From Dehalococcoidia bacterium (GTDB taxonomy: Bacteria > Chloroflexota > Dehalococcoidia > GIF9 > UBA5629): a DNA stretch of 64,000 nucleotides. The notes beneath the pieces are model-generated. The model was not told the origin of the DNA. It ran no database searches and saw nothing but the letters and a program-made list of their open reading frames with translations. The stretch is from assembly GCA_003142375.1 (NCBI GenBank), contig PLME01000005.1, positions 114,582 to 178,581 of the forward strand, given 5' to 3'. Shown in pieces: positions 9,246-18,513 of the stretch (the first letter of the stretch is position 1; each line of letters starts with the position of its first letter). A program made the translations under genes and the position numbers.

Positions 9246-9794
9246 AGTGGTCAGCTCGTCGATGGACATCTCCTTCACATCATCGTGCAGCATCAGAAAC
9301 AAGTCGAGAGTATAGTCGGCATCTTTGTTGGGGTCGTGCATCAATAGCGGGCCGAAATCGGGCGACTGGGCCAGTACCGGGCGGTAAGCGTTCACCAGCT
9401 TCTCCATGGCTTTCAGGTCGCCGCTCTCCTGGAAAATGCGCATATAGTACATACCTATGTAATAAAAGGGCGGGAACACATTGGGGTTGATTTTCACAGC
9501 CCGGTTGAAGATTTCAAAGGACTCTTGAATCCTGCCCAGGTTATACAGGCAGATGCCCTTATTGGTAAGGGCCATCACGTTATCGGGCTCCTTTTCCAGT
9601 GCTTTATTGAAACATCCGGTAGCCTCGGCATCCTCTTCCAGCTTAAAATGGCACAGGCCTTTCTTGAAGATATCATCGAAGGTCAACTCATCGCCGTGCC
9701 GGGCAGCAAGCTCGACACATTGCTCCATAGATTTGAGGTATTCATCTTCCTCGAAATAGTCATCTCTAAGCTTGCGCAGGTCGTCGATTTTCAC
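9240..9794 (-). CDS. TPR-repeat protein
   Basis: Helical repeat pattern (..A...N.A.....G......A). Convergent 6-nt overlap with the upstream gene. Confidence 0.6.
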   Translation of the reverse strand: MKIDDLRKLRDDYFEEDEYLKSMEQCVELAARHGDELTFDDIFKKGLCHFKLEEDAEATGCFNKALEKEPDNVMALTNKGICLYNLGRIQESFEIFNRAVKINPNVFPPFYYIGMYYMRIFQESGDLKAMEKLVNAYRPVLAQSPDFGPLLMHDPNKDADYTLDLFLMLHDDVKEMSIDELTTL

Positions 9795-9873
9795 AATTTA
9801 CTCCTTAAAACGACTATAATAAACGATAACATAACAGGCGGAGGCCTCCAAATATGAGTTTGCAGTAATTTCC

Positions 9874-10605
9874 ATGATGGAAGTGATACAGGGCGTTTAT
9901 AAGATCAGCGGCATCTGGGACCAGGCCGACCTGGGAGCCAATGTATACCTGCTGGGATTGGGGGGAGGGTTTACTCTGGTTGACACCGGGTATCGCACCA
10001 AGTACAGGCAAATATTGAAAAGGATTTATCGCCTGGGTTTTGCCCCTACCAGGATCCGCCACATCATCATTACGCACCATCATCCCGACCATACCGGCGG
10101 GCTGGCCGCCCTTAAAGAGCTAACCGGGGCGAAGGCCGTCGCCCATAAATTGGACGCTCCCTATATTGACGGCAGGCTGCCCCAGGCTGGACCCTCGCGG
10201 CCGGGATGGCTGAAGAGCGGGTCGGGCCTTTTCAGTGGTATGCTGGCCACACCGCCGGCCAATATTGAGATCGAGGTTGAGGACGGAGACGATCTGCCGG
10301 TGGCGGGCGGCATTAAGATAATTCATACACCCGGACATACTCCAGGCAGCATCTGTCTTTACCTGAAGCAGGAAGGTCTGGTATTTACCGGGGACCTGCT
10401 GGCCAGGCGACTGGGTGTCAAGCTGCCCTCGATGGTATTCACCGCCGATATACCGCAGGAGATCTCCTCCATTCGGAAGCTGGCGGAGCTGGACTTCGAG
10501 ACAGCCTGCTTCGGGCACGGTTTTCCGCTCAGGAAGGATGCCGGCAAAAAAGTGGCAGAGTTTGCCAGCAAATTACTGCTCCTTCGGGGAAACACCAAGC
10601 CCTAA
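9874..10605 (+). CDS. MBL-fold metallo-hydrolase
   Basis: HHHPDHTGG motif (HxHxDH), downstream H and D ligands (IIHTPGHTPG, FTGD). Confidence 0.8.
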   Translation: MMEVIQGVYKISGIWDQADLGANVYLLGLGGGFTLVDTGYRTKYRQILKRIYRLGFAPTRIRHIIITHHHPDHTGGLAALKELTGAKAVAHKLDAPYIDGRLPQAGPSRPGWLKSGSGLFSGMLATPPANIEIEVEDGDDLPVAGGIKIIHTPGHTPGSICLYLKQEGLVFTGDLLARRLGVKLPSMVFTADIPQEISSIRKLAELDFETACFGHGFPLRKDAGKKVAEFASKLLLLRGNTKP

Positions 10606-10781
10606 ATACCAAATTCCAACAAACCGAAATAAACAGGTCATTGCGAAGCCCCGATCCAATTGGGGCTGTGGCAATCCTTTGATCGAAGAAATTATGACAG
10701 CCTTTATGCTATGAGATTGCTTCGTCACCCCAATGCTACCGGGGGTTCCTCGCAATGACGTTTGATCTTAGAGTTTGGAAT

Positions 10782-11768
10782 TCATTGCTCTACCGAATTC
10801 CTGAGTGCCATGAGGTTAATATGCGGGACGGTAATGGGGTAGGTGCAGCCGGGAGTTAGTATGAGCCGCCGGCCATCCATCTGATTTATAGCATCTTGAG
10901 ACTGCTTCTTTATATTCTCCGTGCTTTCCGTAAGCAGCGTTTTAAATTGTTCGATGCCGCCCATTAGAGCGCCCTTAAATAGTTTGCTTGCTTCCGCCAG
11001 GCCGGGCCGGGCTGTGCGGTCATGCCAGTTCATGGCCTGAACCGGGTAATTCGCCAGCTCTTTGAAGAGGGGGTTTTTGCCGTGCAGGTGCATCACGTTG
11101 AACCAGCCCGCGGTAGCGGCCTCCAATACTTTCTGGTCTCCCGGGCGACCGAAGCGCAAATACTCGTCCACGCTCATAACATCGTAGCTTGCCGCCCGGG
11201 CCGACAGGAAAATACCGTCGCAACCCTCATCCATCACGGCGCGTACAAAACGTGAGCAGGTCTCGGTCAGCGCCTTTATGCCGCGCTCAACACGCTCCGG
11301 CTCCCGCCTTAAATGCACCAGGCAGGTCTCATCGCCGGCCAGGTAAAAGGCGGCATTGATGGGGTTGAAGATAGTGAAGATGACCGGCGTGTCTTCGTCT
11401 TTTTTGTCAATGATGATACGCAGCGCCTGCAGCATGCGGCCGTAAGTGCCTTTGTTTATGTCCAGAGGCTCGATGCGGTCCCAGTGCTCTATCTTTTTAA
11501 TGGCGTATTCCAGGTAATCGCGATCGCCCATTGGGCTACCGCGCCAGGCGTGCTTGACTCCGTAATCGTCCACACAGAAGGTTGAGGCCACCGGCACCTT
11601 GATAAAATCAAGATCGTAGAGCTTCTGAAAGGTCAGTGTCGCCTCTGCCAGCGTCTCAGGCTGCTGGTCTTCCTCCGGCCAGTGCCTCCAGAAGCCGACC
11701 GGAACTCGGTCAACCTCCTTTCCTGCCAGGGCTGCTTTAATCCTCTCTTTTTTCGTCATTCGCATCAT
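10782..11768 (-). CDS. uroporphyrinogen decarboxylase (URO-D) family protein, MtaA/CmuA-like methyltransferase
   Basis: N-terminus MTKKERIKAALAGKEVDRVPV is typical of the URO-D / methylcobamide methyltransferase family. TIM-barrel length (~328 aa). Confidence 0.6.
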   Translation of the reverse strand: MMRMTKKERIKAALAGKEVDRVPVGFWRHWPEEDQQPETLAEATLTFQKLYDLDFIKVPVASTFCVDDYGVKHAWRGSPMGDRDYLEYAIKKIEHWDRIEPLDINKGTYGRMLQALRIIIDKKDEDTPVIFTIFNPINAAFYLAGDETCLVHLRREPERVERGIKALTETCSRFVRAVMDEGCDGIFLSARAASYDVMSVDEYLRFGRPGDQKVLEAATAGWFNVMHLHGKNPLFKELANYPVQAMNWHDRTARPGLAEASKLFKGALMGGIEQFKTLLTESTENIKKQSQDAINQMDGRRLILTPGCTYPITVPHINLMALRNSVEQ

Positions 11769-11805
11769 GGTAATAATTCCCTTAACCCTTGAGTTTTGAA
11801 TTAAT

Positions 11806-12552
11806 TCAGGGTATTCTCTTTTTTATCTTTGCCCACGATCCGGTGATCAAAAAACTCTCATCCATGTTATTGACCATACTCTCGAATTTCTTCATCGGCA
11901 CGGCAAATGACAGCTCATATTTATCCACGAAGGGCCTGGCAGAGATATCGAACATACCGATAACCGGCTTGGGGCGGCGCGATTCGCACTGCATCAGGGG
12001 ATGGTGCACGATTGACGAGCATCCCGAACCGAAGGGCGAGATGACGCCGTTGGGCTCGGCCTCATCGAAGCTGGCCAGCGTAAAGAGGCCCGCCAGCACG
12101 TCGGGTTTGGCAAAGAAAACGGCCACCAGCGGGGTGTCGGACTCTTCCAGCAAATCCCAGCGTTTAAAGACGATATAACGGCCCGGCGCCTTAAACGGCT
12201 GCTGCTGCGCCATGATCTCCTTGACCATCTCAGGTGACTTCTTGTAACGCTCGCCTTCGAGCTTTCCCGGTATCCCGCAGGATAGGAAATACTCGAAGTT
12301 GGGCATGATCTTGGTGGCGAAACCCACATATCTTTTCCCGCCGAAGCAGCCTATCGATTCCACACCGAAGGCCATGGGATTTCCTTTGCGGGCTTTCAGC
12401 AGGGCAGCGATGATGCACCTGTTCACTGAGCCGGGCTTGACCAGGTCGGCACGGCCTTCCTCATCGGTGTAATAAAAGGTCAACGGCAGCTCGGCATTAT
12501 TGAAATATTTTTTCCAGAGACCCGTAAACCGCTCTATATCCGTTTTATTCAT
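11806..12552 (-). CDS. DUF169 family protein
   Basis: Track ORF 11806..12603. Likely start MNKTDIERF at 12552 with GGAGG 8 nt upstream. Size and N-terminal pattern fit DUF169 (COG2043). Confidence 0.45.
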   Translation of the reverse strand: MNKTDIERFTGLWKKYFNNAELPLTFYYTDEEGRADLVKPGSVNRCIIAALLKARKGNPMAFGVESIGCFGGKRYVGFATKIMPNFEYFLSCGIPGKLEGERYKKSPEMVKEIMAQQQPFKAPGRYIVFKRWDLLEESDTPLVAVFFAKPDVLAGLFTLASFDEAEPNGVISPFGSGCSSIVHHPLMQCESRRPKPVIGMFDISARPFVDKYELSFAVPMKKFESMVNNMDESFLITGSWAKIKKRIP

Positions 12553-12676
12553 GACCACTGCCTCCATGGAATGATTATGCTTCTTTTTCCTGTTAGAGCA
12601 CAAAACTCGAATTATTTACTTAATTATCAGCGTAGTTGGCTGGTATGGCTTTCCCGGTTAATTATGCTTCCCCAAA

Positions 12677-13831
12677 TTATTGTCTCGGCCCTAGTTCGGT
12701 GTGGACCTTCTTGAGCCATTCGGCAATGGGGATTTTCTGGGGGCAGGCTTCCTCGCATTCGCCGCATTCGATGCATTTATCGGCCCGCTGGTCCGGTTTC
12801 ATGGCCACCGGGCTGTTATAGTAAAAGCGTGCCGCCCTGAGGTCACCGTACATGATGCCGTTGTTGTAAAATTGGAAGATACGCGGGATATCCACCCCGC
12901 TGCTGCAGGGCTGGCAATACCCGCAATTGGTGCAGGGAATGGGGCTGAGACCCTGGAAAGCCCCTTTGACACGATCGATTAGCACCAGTTCATCCTTTGT
13001 CAGAGAGCCATGACCGCTGTGGTTGGCCGTAGTAAGGTTCTGCTCCACCTGCTCCATAGTGCTCATGCCGCTGAGGGCCAGTGATACTTCCGGATGTTCC
13101 CAGACCCAGAGCAAGGCCCACTCGGCCTGCGAGCGCTGATGTACTGCCCCTTTCAATATTTGGGCTACAGATGCCGGAGGCTGTTTGGCCAGGCCCCCGC
13201 CCCTCAAGGGCTCCATGACCACCACTGCCAGGCCCTTGCCGGCGGCGTACTTGAGCCCCTTCTGGCCGGCCTGGAATTCGGTATCCATATAGTTGTACTG
13301 GATCTGGCAGAAGGTCCAGTTGTCATAGCCGTCTACGATCTCTTTGAAGAGGTCGAACTCGTCGTGGAATGAGAAGCCCAGCCGGCCGATGCGGCCGCCT
13401 GACATGGCTTTTTCGGCCCATTGAAACACTTTGAGGTCACGTAAATTGGGCCAGTAGTCTTTATTCAGGCCGTGCAGCAGATAAAAGTCAATAGTATCGG
13501 TCTGCAGGCGCTTTAGCTGCTCATCGAAATAGCGGTCGAAATCGGCTGCCGACCTTATGGCCCAGGAGGGCATCTTGGTGGCAAGCTTCACTTTCTGCCG
13601 GTAGCCATCGCTTAGCGCCTTGCCGACCACCACCTCGCTGCGCCCTGCGTGGTATGGGTAGGCGGTGTCTATGTAATTGACCCCTTTATCGATGGAGTGG
13701 CGGATCATTCTGACCGCTTCAGCCTCATCGATGTCGGCCGGATCAGGTGTATTTTGGGGGAGTCGCATGGCGCCGAAGCCGAGGGCCGAGGACTGCCAGG
13801 TCATTTTTTTGCCGAAGGGACGGTACTTCAT
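12677..13831 (-). CDS. aldo/keto reductase fused to a 2x[4Fe-4S] ferredoxin domain
   Basis: N-terminal AKR TIM-barrel signature (FGAMRLP, IDTAYPYHAG). C-terminal CTNCGYCQPC ... CIECGECEEACP. Confidence 0.8.
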   Translation of the reverse strand: MKYRPFGKKMTWQSSALGFGAMRLPQNTPDPADIDEAEAVRMIRHSIDKGVNYIDTAYPYHAGRSEVVVGKALSDGYRQKVKLATKMPSWAIRSAADFDRYFDEQLKRLQTDTIDFYLLHGLNKDYWPNLRDLKVFQWAEKAMSGGRIGRLGFSFHDEFDLFKEIVDGYDNWTFCQIQYNYMDTEFQAGQKGLKYAAGKGLAVVVMEPLRGGGLAKQPPASVAQILKGAVHQRSQAEWALLWVWEHPEVSLALSGMSTMEQVEQNLTTANHSGHGSLTKDELVLIDRVKGAFQGLSPIPCTNCGYCQPCSSGVDIPRIFQFYNNGIMYGDLRAARFYYNSPVAMKPDQRADKCIECGECEEACPQKIPIAEWLKKVHTELGPRQ

Positions 13832-13965
13832 ATAGCGTTAATATTACTACGTGGGAGGATTTAATTGCTAGAAATTCCAAATTCCAAAATACAAACACCA
13901 ATTCTTGTTGTTGCCGGTGGCTAGGGGGAATAGAATTAGAGACAGAAATCAGAAAGCGGAAAGAT

Positions 13966-14667
13966 ATGGCAAGCGAGAGACAAAAGATAACGGCGGGCAA
14001 AATGGTTTATACGGCGGTGTGGATATTGATCTGGCCGGTGGCGCTGCTATGGTTGTCGGGGGATTGGCTGTGGCTGGAGGGCTGGATATTTGATGTTTGG
14101 TTCCTGGCACTGTGCTTCACAGCCATAATCAGTCTTTATATCAAGGACCCGGCGCTGCTGGCGGAAAGGTACAAACAGCCGGGAGAAGCCGGACAGAAAG
14201 GCTGGGACCGCTATGTTGTTTACGGGCTGTTGCTGGGGTTTATTGCCTGGGCAGTGATCATGCCGCTCGATGCCAGAAGATGCGAATGGAGCGCCGGCTT
14301 CCCCATCTGGATGAAGGTCGTGGGTGTAGTGGGAATGGTGCTATCCTCAATACTTTTCTACAGGGCGCTGATGGACAACACCTTCGCCTCGCCTCTGGTG
14401 AGGATACAGGCGGAGCGCAAGCAGCAGGTGATTTCCAGCGGGGCTTACGGCCTGGTAAGGCACCCCCTGTACCTGGCAGGGATATTGATGTTCCTGGGGG
14501 CGCCGCTGCTGCTGGGTTCCCTGTACGGCCTGCTGATCGGTGTATTGATGTTTTTTCTGCTAGCGGCCCGGATAGTGGGGGAAGAGAAGATGCTGGTCAA
14601 TGACCTGGAGGGTTATGCCGATTACAGGAAGAAAGTGAAATACCGGCTAATCCCTTTCATCTGGTAG
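13966..14667 (+). CDS. isoprenylcysteine carboxyl methyltransferase (ICMT) / phospholipid methyltransferase family membrane protein
   Basis: C-terminal LVRHPLYLAGILMFLGAPLLLGS motif of the ICMT/PEMT family. Multi-TM. The track ORF starts at 13747, but that part overlaps the divergent AKR gene; first plausible ATG is at 13966. Confidence 0.7.
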   Translation: MASERQKITAGKMVYTAVWILIWPVALLWLSGDWLWLEGWIFDVWFLALCFTAIISLYIKDPALLAERYKQPGEAGQKGWDRYVVYGLLLGFIAWAVIMPLDARRCEWSAGFPIWMKVVGVVGMVLSSILFYRALMDNTFASPLVRIQAERKQQVISSGAYGLVRHPLYLAGILMFLGAPLLLGSLYGLLIGVLMFFLLAARIVGEEKMLVNDLEGYADYRKKVKYRLIPFIW

Positions 14668-14672
14668 ACCGC

Positions 14673-15428
14673 TTATATTCGCGCATTAATTATGCGCAGA
14701 ACGACCTCGGCAAAGCCCTCGCCCGCACCGTGTTCGCTGATATACCTGGCGGACTTGCGGAGCGTCTTTTTATCGATTTCAGGCAGGTCCGGGTTGGGAA
14801 TAAGAACACTTTGTGTGAACAGTTTGAAAAGGGAAAGGTCGGTCATGGAATCGCCCACCACCAGCACCTCGTCCGGCCTGATCTTCGGCCCGTCCATCAG
14901 CTCCAGAAGCCTTTTCAGCGTGGTCCCCTTTTCAATGCCCTTCTGCATGAGGTGCAGTATATAGGTGGAGTCCAGCAACTGGACGTCCCCGACGCATTTT
15001 CTAAGATCTTTCATATCTACGCCGTCGGCACGGCAGACGATGTCGATCAGCCTCTCGGTGTTGTCTTCCCTCTCAGTAATGCGGCCCGCATACTTGGCCT
15101 TGAGTCTCGCCAGGGCCTCGACGGCAGGCTGGCGTGAATAGCCTAAATCTACTAAACCGCTTTTGTAAGTTATCCTGGCGACCGCGCCGTTTTCGGCTAT
15201 CAGGGGCCCGCCGATATCCAGGCTGCGAGCCATGGCTACCAACATTGGGTCGGTGCGGCCGGAGACCAATCCCACCGTAATACCATGCTCTTTTAAATTC
15301 TGCATGGCATTGGCGACAGCAGGGCTGAGCTCATCGCCTCCGTTGTTGAGCGTGCCGTCAACGTCGGTCATGATGAGCTTTATACTAAGGGCTGTTTTAC
15401 GTGTGATCCTGGTATAAGGTTGAATCAT
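14673..15428 (-). CDS. HAD-IIB (Cof-type) phosphatase
   Basis: Motif I IMTDVDGTL, motif IV VVGDSMTD, IIB cap region. The true start may be the internal Met of ...KLIMTDVDG. Confidence 0.7.
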   Translation of the reverse strand: MIQPYTRITRKTALSIKLIMTDVDGTLNNGGDELSPAVANAMQNLKEHGITVGLVSGRTDPMLVAMARSLDIGGPLIAENGAVARITYKSGLVDLGYSRQPAVEALARLKAKYAGRITEREDNTERLIDIVCRADGVDMKDLRKCVGDVQLLDSTYILHLMQKGIEKGTTLKRLLELMDGPKIRPDEVLVVGDSMTDLSLFKLFTQSVLIPNPDLPEIDKKTLRKSARYISEHGAGEGFAEVVLRIINARI

Positions 15429-15481
15429 CCGGGTAAGTTTAACAAATTCTTAGGTTTTGAGGTTTAGCTCCGTGGTGCGGT

Positions 15482-18400
15482 TCAGGCCCTGGCCTTGTCG
15501 CCGCTCAGCTTGTAGCTGTTGCGGCCGTGCTCCTTGGTATAGTACATGGCGGCATCCGCCGCTTTGAGCAGGTCTTCGATATTGGAACCGTCCCGGGGAA
15601 AAACGGCTATGCCGATGCTGGTTGTCACCAGGAGCTCTTGCCCGTCGACTACAAACGGCTCTTGAAAAGCCGAGTGAATTTTCTGTGCCGTTTTAAGGAC
15701 ATCTTTGACATTGGTATACTCCGGTATCAGCACTACGAACTCGTCGCCGCCCAGCCTGGCCACCGTATCGCTCTTACGAACCATGGCAGATAAGCGGTCG
15801 GCCGTGGCTTTGAGGAGTTCGTCGCCGGCGGCGTGGCCCAGGGTGTCATTGATAGTTTTGAAGTTGTCCAGGTCGAGTTCCATGACAGCCAGTTTTCTAT
15901 TGTTCCGCTGGGCCTGAGCGCAGGCAATGCCGAAGCGGTCATACAATAGCGACCTGTTGGGCAGGCCGGTAAGGGCATCGTGCATGGCCATAACGGCCAG
16001 CTTATTTTGCAGCTCCATGCGCTCGCTTATGTCCCGGCTCAGGCAGCGGAAGCCGATAACCTTCCCGCTGGCATCCTTTTGCGGCGATACCGAAATCTCA
16101 CCGAAGCCTGTCATGCCGTCCTTGCGGATGAACTTAAAAACCAGCCCTCTTTGAGGCTCGCCGGTTAATACGACCTGAGTAAATCGCTCATGCATCTCTT
16201 CACGGTTCTCGACTGCGATATTGAGCCGTGAGTCCGTGCCGATTAGTTCTTCTTTTGAATAGCGCAACTCCTTGCACAGCATACGGTTTACAAAGGTAAA
16301 GTTGTTTGCCAGGTCCATCTCAAAGTAGGAATCATTCATCTCTTCCAGTATGGTGCGGAACCTCTTCTCCGAGTCTTCTACTATTTTCTGCAACCGTTTG
16401 ACTTCAGTGACGTCGACCAGGGTGGTCCTGCTCATAAGGAAATTGCCGGCCTCATCCTTGATAGCCGTGGCGTTTACCAGGGTGGGGAAAATGGTGCCGT
16501 CTTTGCGTATCAGGTCAAACTCCAGGTCCTTGACCCATCCGCGCTCTTTGAAAATAGGGAAATTTCTCCGGAAAACTTCCTTGCTCTCAGCCGTGAGGAA
16601 ATCAGTGAACTTTTTCTTGCCGATAACCTCGTCCTGCTCATATCCCAGCCAGGCGAGCTCAGTGTCGTTGACCCGCACATAGGTGCCGTCTTTATCCAGC
16701 GAGTGGTATCCCGCTGGCGCGTTATTATAGAGGTCCTCGATTCTCTCGGCAGCCTTTTGCCGCTCCTCCTCGATCTTTCTATGCTCGGTGATGTCGCGGA
16801 CGATACCGATGACTGCTACAACTTTACCGTTGATATCTTTCATGGGGCTAAGGCTGGTGCTATTCCACATATTTTTGTCACCAAAAGCCAGAATCTCCTC
16901 AATTTTTATATTTATTCCAGTTTCGAATACTTTCTGGATATTAGCTGATGTACTGGCAGCAATTTGTTTTGGGAATATTTCAGTAAGTGACTTGCCGACC
17001 ATATCTTCCGGCTTTTTATGGAAAAAGCCGGCTGCGAAGCTGTTCATGGACAAGATTTTCATTTCACTATCGATCACAAATATTTGGTCAACTGCGGCTT
17101 CAATAACCGCTCTATATTTTGCTTCGCTTTCTTTCAGCTTCTCCTCCGCCTGCTTGCGCTCGGTGATGTCTTTAACGATATGCACCGTGCCTTCGAGCCC
17201 GCCATTATCATTAAATATCGGTGAGCAGGATACTTCCATATAAATCCCCAGACGCGGCTCGAACACCTCTTCGCTTACGCCCGATTTACATTTAATCGCC
17301 TGATCATGAGGGCAATTCGGAATAGGGCCGGAAGACATGTGAACAATCTCGTAACAATGCCTGCCGATAAGCTCCTCCGGCCGCACCTGGAAAGCGTCGG
17401 CATAGGCTTGGTTCACCCGGATGAGCTTGAAATCCTTATCCTGGATGGAGATCAGGTCGGAAATGGCGTCAAAGGTGGTTTGCCACTGCTCGGACTTCCT
17501 TTTGGCGATATCTGCCGTCTCTTTGGCAGCCGTGATGTCCTGTAAGGTTCCTCCTACCCTGGTTATCAGGCCTTTTTCACTGTAAGCCTTGCCGACGGTG
17601 CGTATCCAGCGGCGGTTGCCTTTGGCCGTAATAAAGGGCAGCTCCAGGTCGAACGGCTCGCCGAAGATGACGGCGTGCTGTACGGCCTCAGTTATGACCG
17701 GCACTGCTTCGGCAGCATAAAATTTAATCGCGTCATCCACGGTAATACGGTGCCCCGGTTCCAACTCATAAATGCGGTATATCTCCTCGGTCCAGGTCAG
17801 CAAGCGAGTTTTAACATCGAATTCCCAGCCGCCTACGCTGGCCATTTTGCCGGTCTCGTTTAAAAGGTCCAGGGCGTAGGACCCCTCTTCTCTTGCTTTG
17901 AACTCGCTGCGCCTGAAAGAGTAGAGGCGGCTGGACGCATAGATGCCGATTATGTTGGCCAGGAGCAGCGCCGCTACCGAGGCATATATAGCTGCCCCCA
18001 TGGCTGCATGGTGCAAGAGGAAGAGGTTAAGCCACTCGGCCAGCATGAACAGCATTCCGCCCATAGTCCTGAACATCAACCTCATAGGCATGCCCAGGTA
18101 AATTATCAAGATTAATACGACATCGATGGGGATATTCCCGATGTAGCTGGAAGGCCTGGTCAGGTTGATGGCGCACACCATCAGGGCGCTTAAAATAAGC
18201 CAGGCAAATAGATTCCAGTCGAATTTAACCGGGCTGCGGTTATTCCTGAGGAAAAGGATCAGACCGATGTTATAGACCAGGTATAGGCTGCGCAGTCCCA
18301 TCAGATAGTAGAAGGTCGGAGTAAGACCGAAGAGAGCGTAGTCATTATAGGCGAAGGCCACCAGCAGTATAGTGAGAATGACCATGGAGACAGAGGCTGC

Positions 18401-18493
18401 CCTTGCATCTTCCTTAAGGTAGTGCAGCCTGTACTCCCTTTCCATGCCTTCCGGCAAATATCCGTCAAGCCATGGCAGGTTCAACCATCGCAT
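15482..18493 (-). CDS. membrane sensor diguanylate cyclase (polytopic N-domain, multiple PAS, GGDEF)
   Basis: About 7 N-terminal TM helices, at least four PAS/PAC modules and a C-terminal GGDEF domain with intact RLGGDEF. Confidence 0.85.
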   Translation of the reverse strand: MRWLNLPWLDGYLPEGMEREYRLHYLKEDARAASVSMVILTILLVAFAYNDYALFGLTPTFYYLMGLRSLYLVYNIGLILFLRNNRSPVKFDWNLFAWLILSALMVCAINLTRPSSYIGNIPIDVVLILIIYLGMPMRLMFRTMGGMLFMLAEWLNLFLLHHAAMGAAIYASVAALLLANIIGIYASSRLYSFRRSEFKAREEGSYALDLLNETGKMASVGGWEFDVKTRLLTWTEEIYRIYELEPGHRITVDDAIKFYAAEAVPVITEAVQHAVIFGEPFDLELPFITAKGNRRWIRTVGKAYSEKGLITRVGGTLQDITAAKETADIAKRKSEQWQTTFDAISDLISIQDKDFKLIRVNQAYADAFQVRPEELIGRHCYEIVHMSSGPIPNCPHDQAIKCKSGVSEEVFEPRLGIYMEVSCSPIFNDNGGLEGTVHIVKDITERKQAEEKLKESEAKYRAVIEAAVDQIFVIDSEMKILSMNSFAAGFFHKKPEDMVGKSLTEIFPKQIAASTSANIQKVFETGINIKIEEILAFGDKNMWNSTSLSPMKDINGKVVAVIGIVRDITEHRKIEEERQKAAERIEDLYNNAPAGYHSLDKDGTYVRVNDTELAWLGYEQDEVIGKKKFTDFLTAESKEVFRRNFPIFKERGWVKDLEFDLIRKDGTIFPTLVNATAIKDEAGNFLMSRTTLVDVTEVKRLQKIVEDSEKRFRTILEEMNDSYFEMDLANNFTFVNRMLCKELRYSKEELIGTDSRLNIAVENREEMHERFTQVVLTGEPQRGLVFKFIRKDGMTGFGEISVSPQKDASGKVIGFRCLSRDISERMELQNKLAVMAMHDALTGLPNRSLLYDRFGIACAQAQRNNRKLAVMELDLDNFKTINDTLGHAAGDELLKATADRLSAMVRKSDTVARLGGDEFVVLIPEYTNVKDVLKTAQKIHSAFQEPFVVDGQELLVTTSIGIAVFPRDGSNIEDLLKAADAAMYYTKEHGRNSYKLSGDKARA

Positions 18494-18513
18494 TTACAGG
18501 AATTTCCCCTGAC

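Noticed and set aside
13747-13965. N-terminal 73 aa of track ORF 13747..14667
   Set aside because: This stretch overlaps the divergent aldo/keto reductase gene (up to 13831) and is Arg-rich junk. The conserved methyltransferase fold begins after the ATG at 13966.
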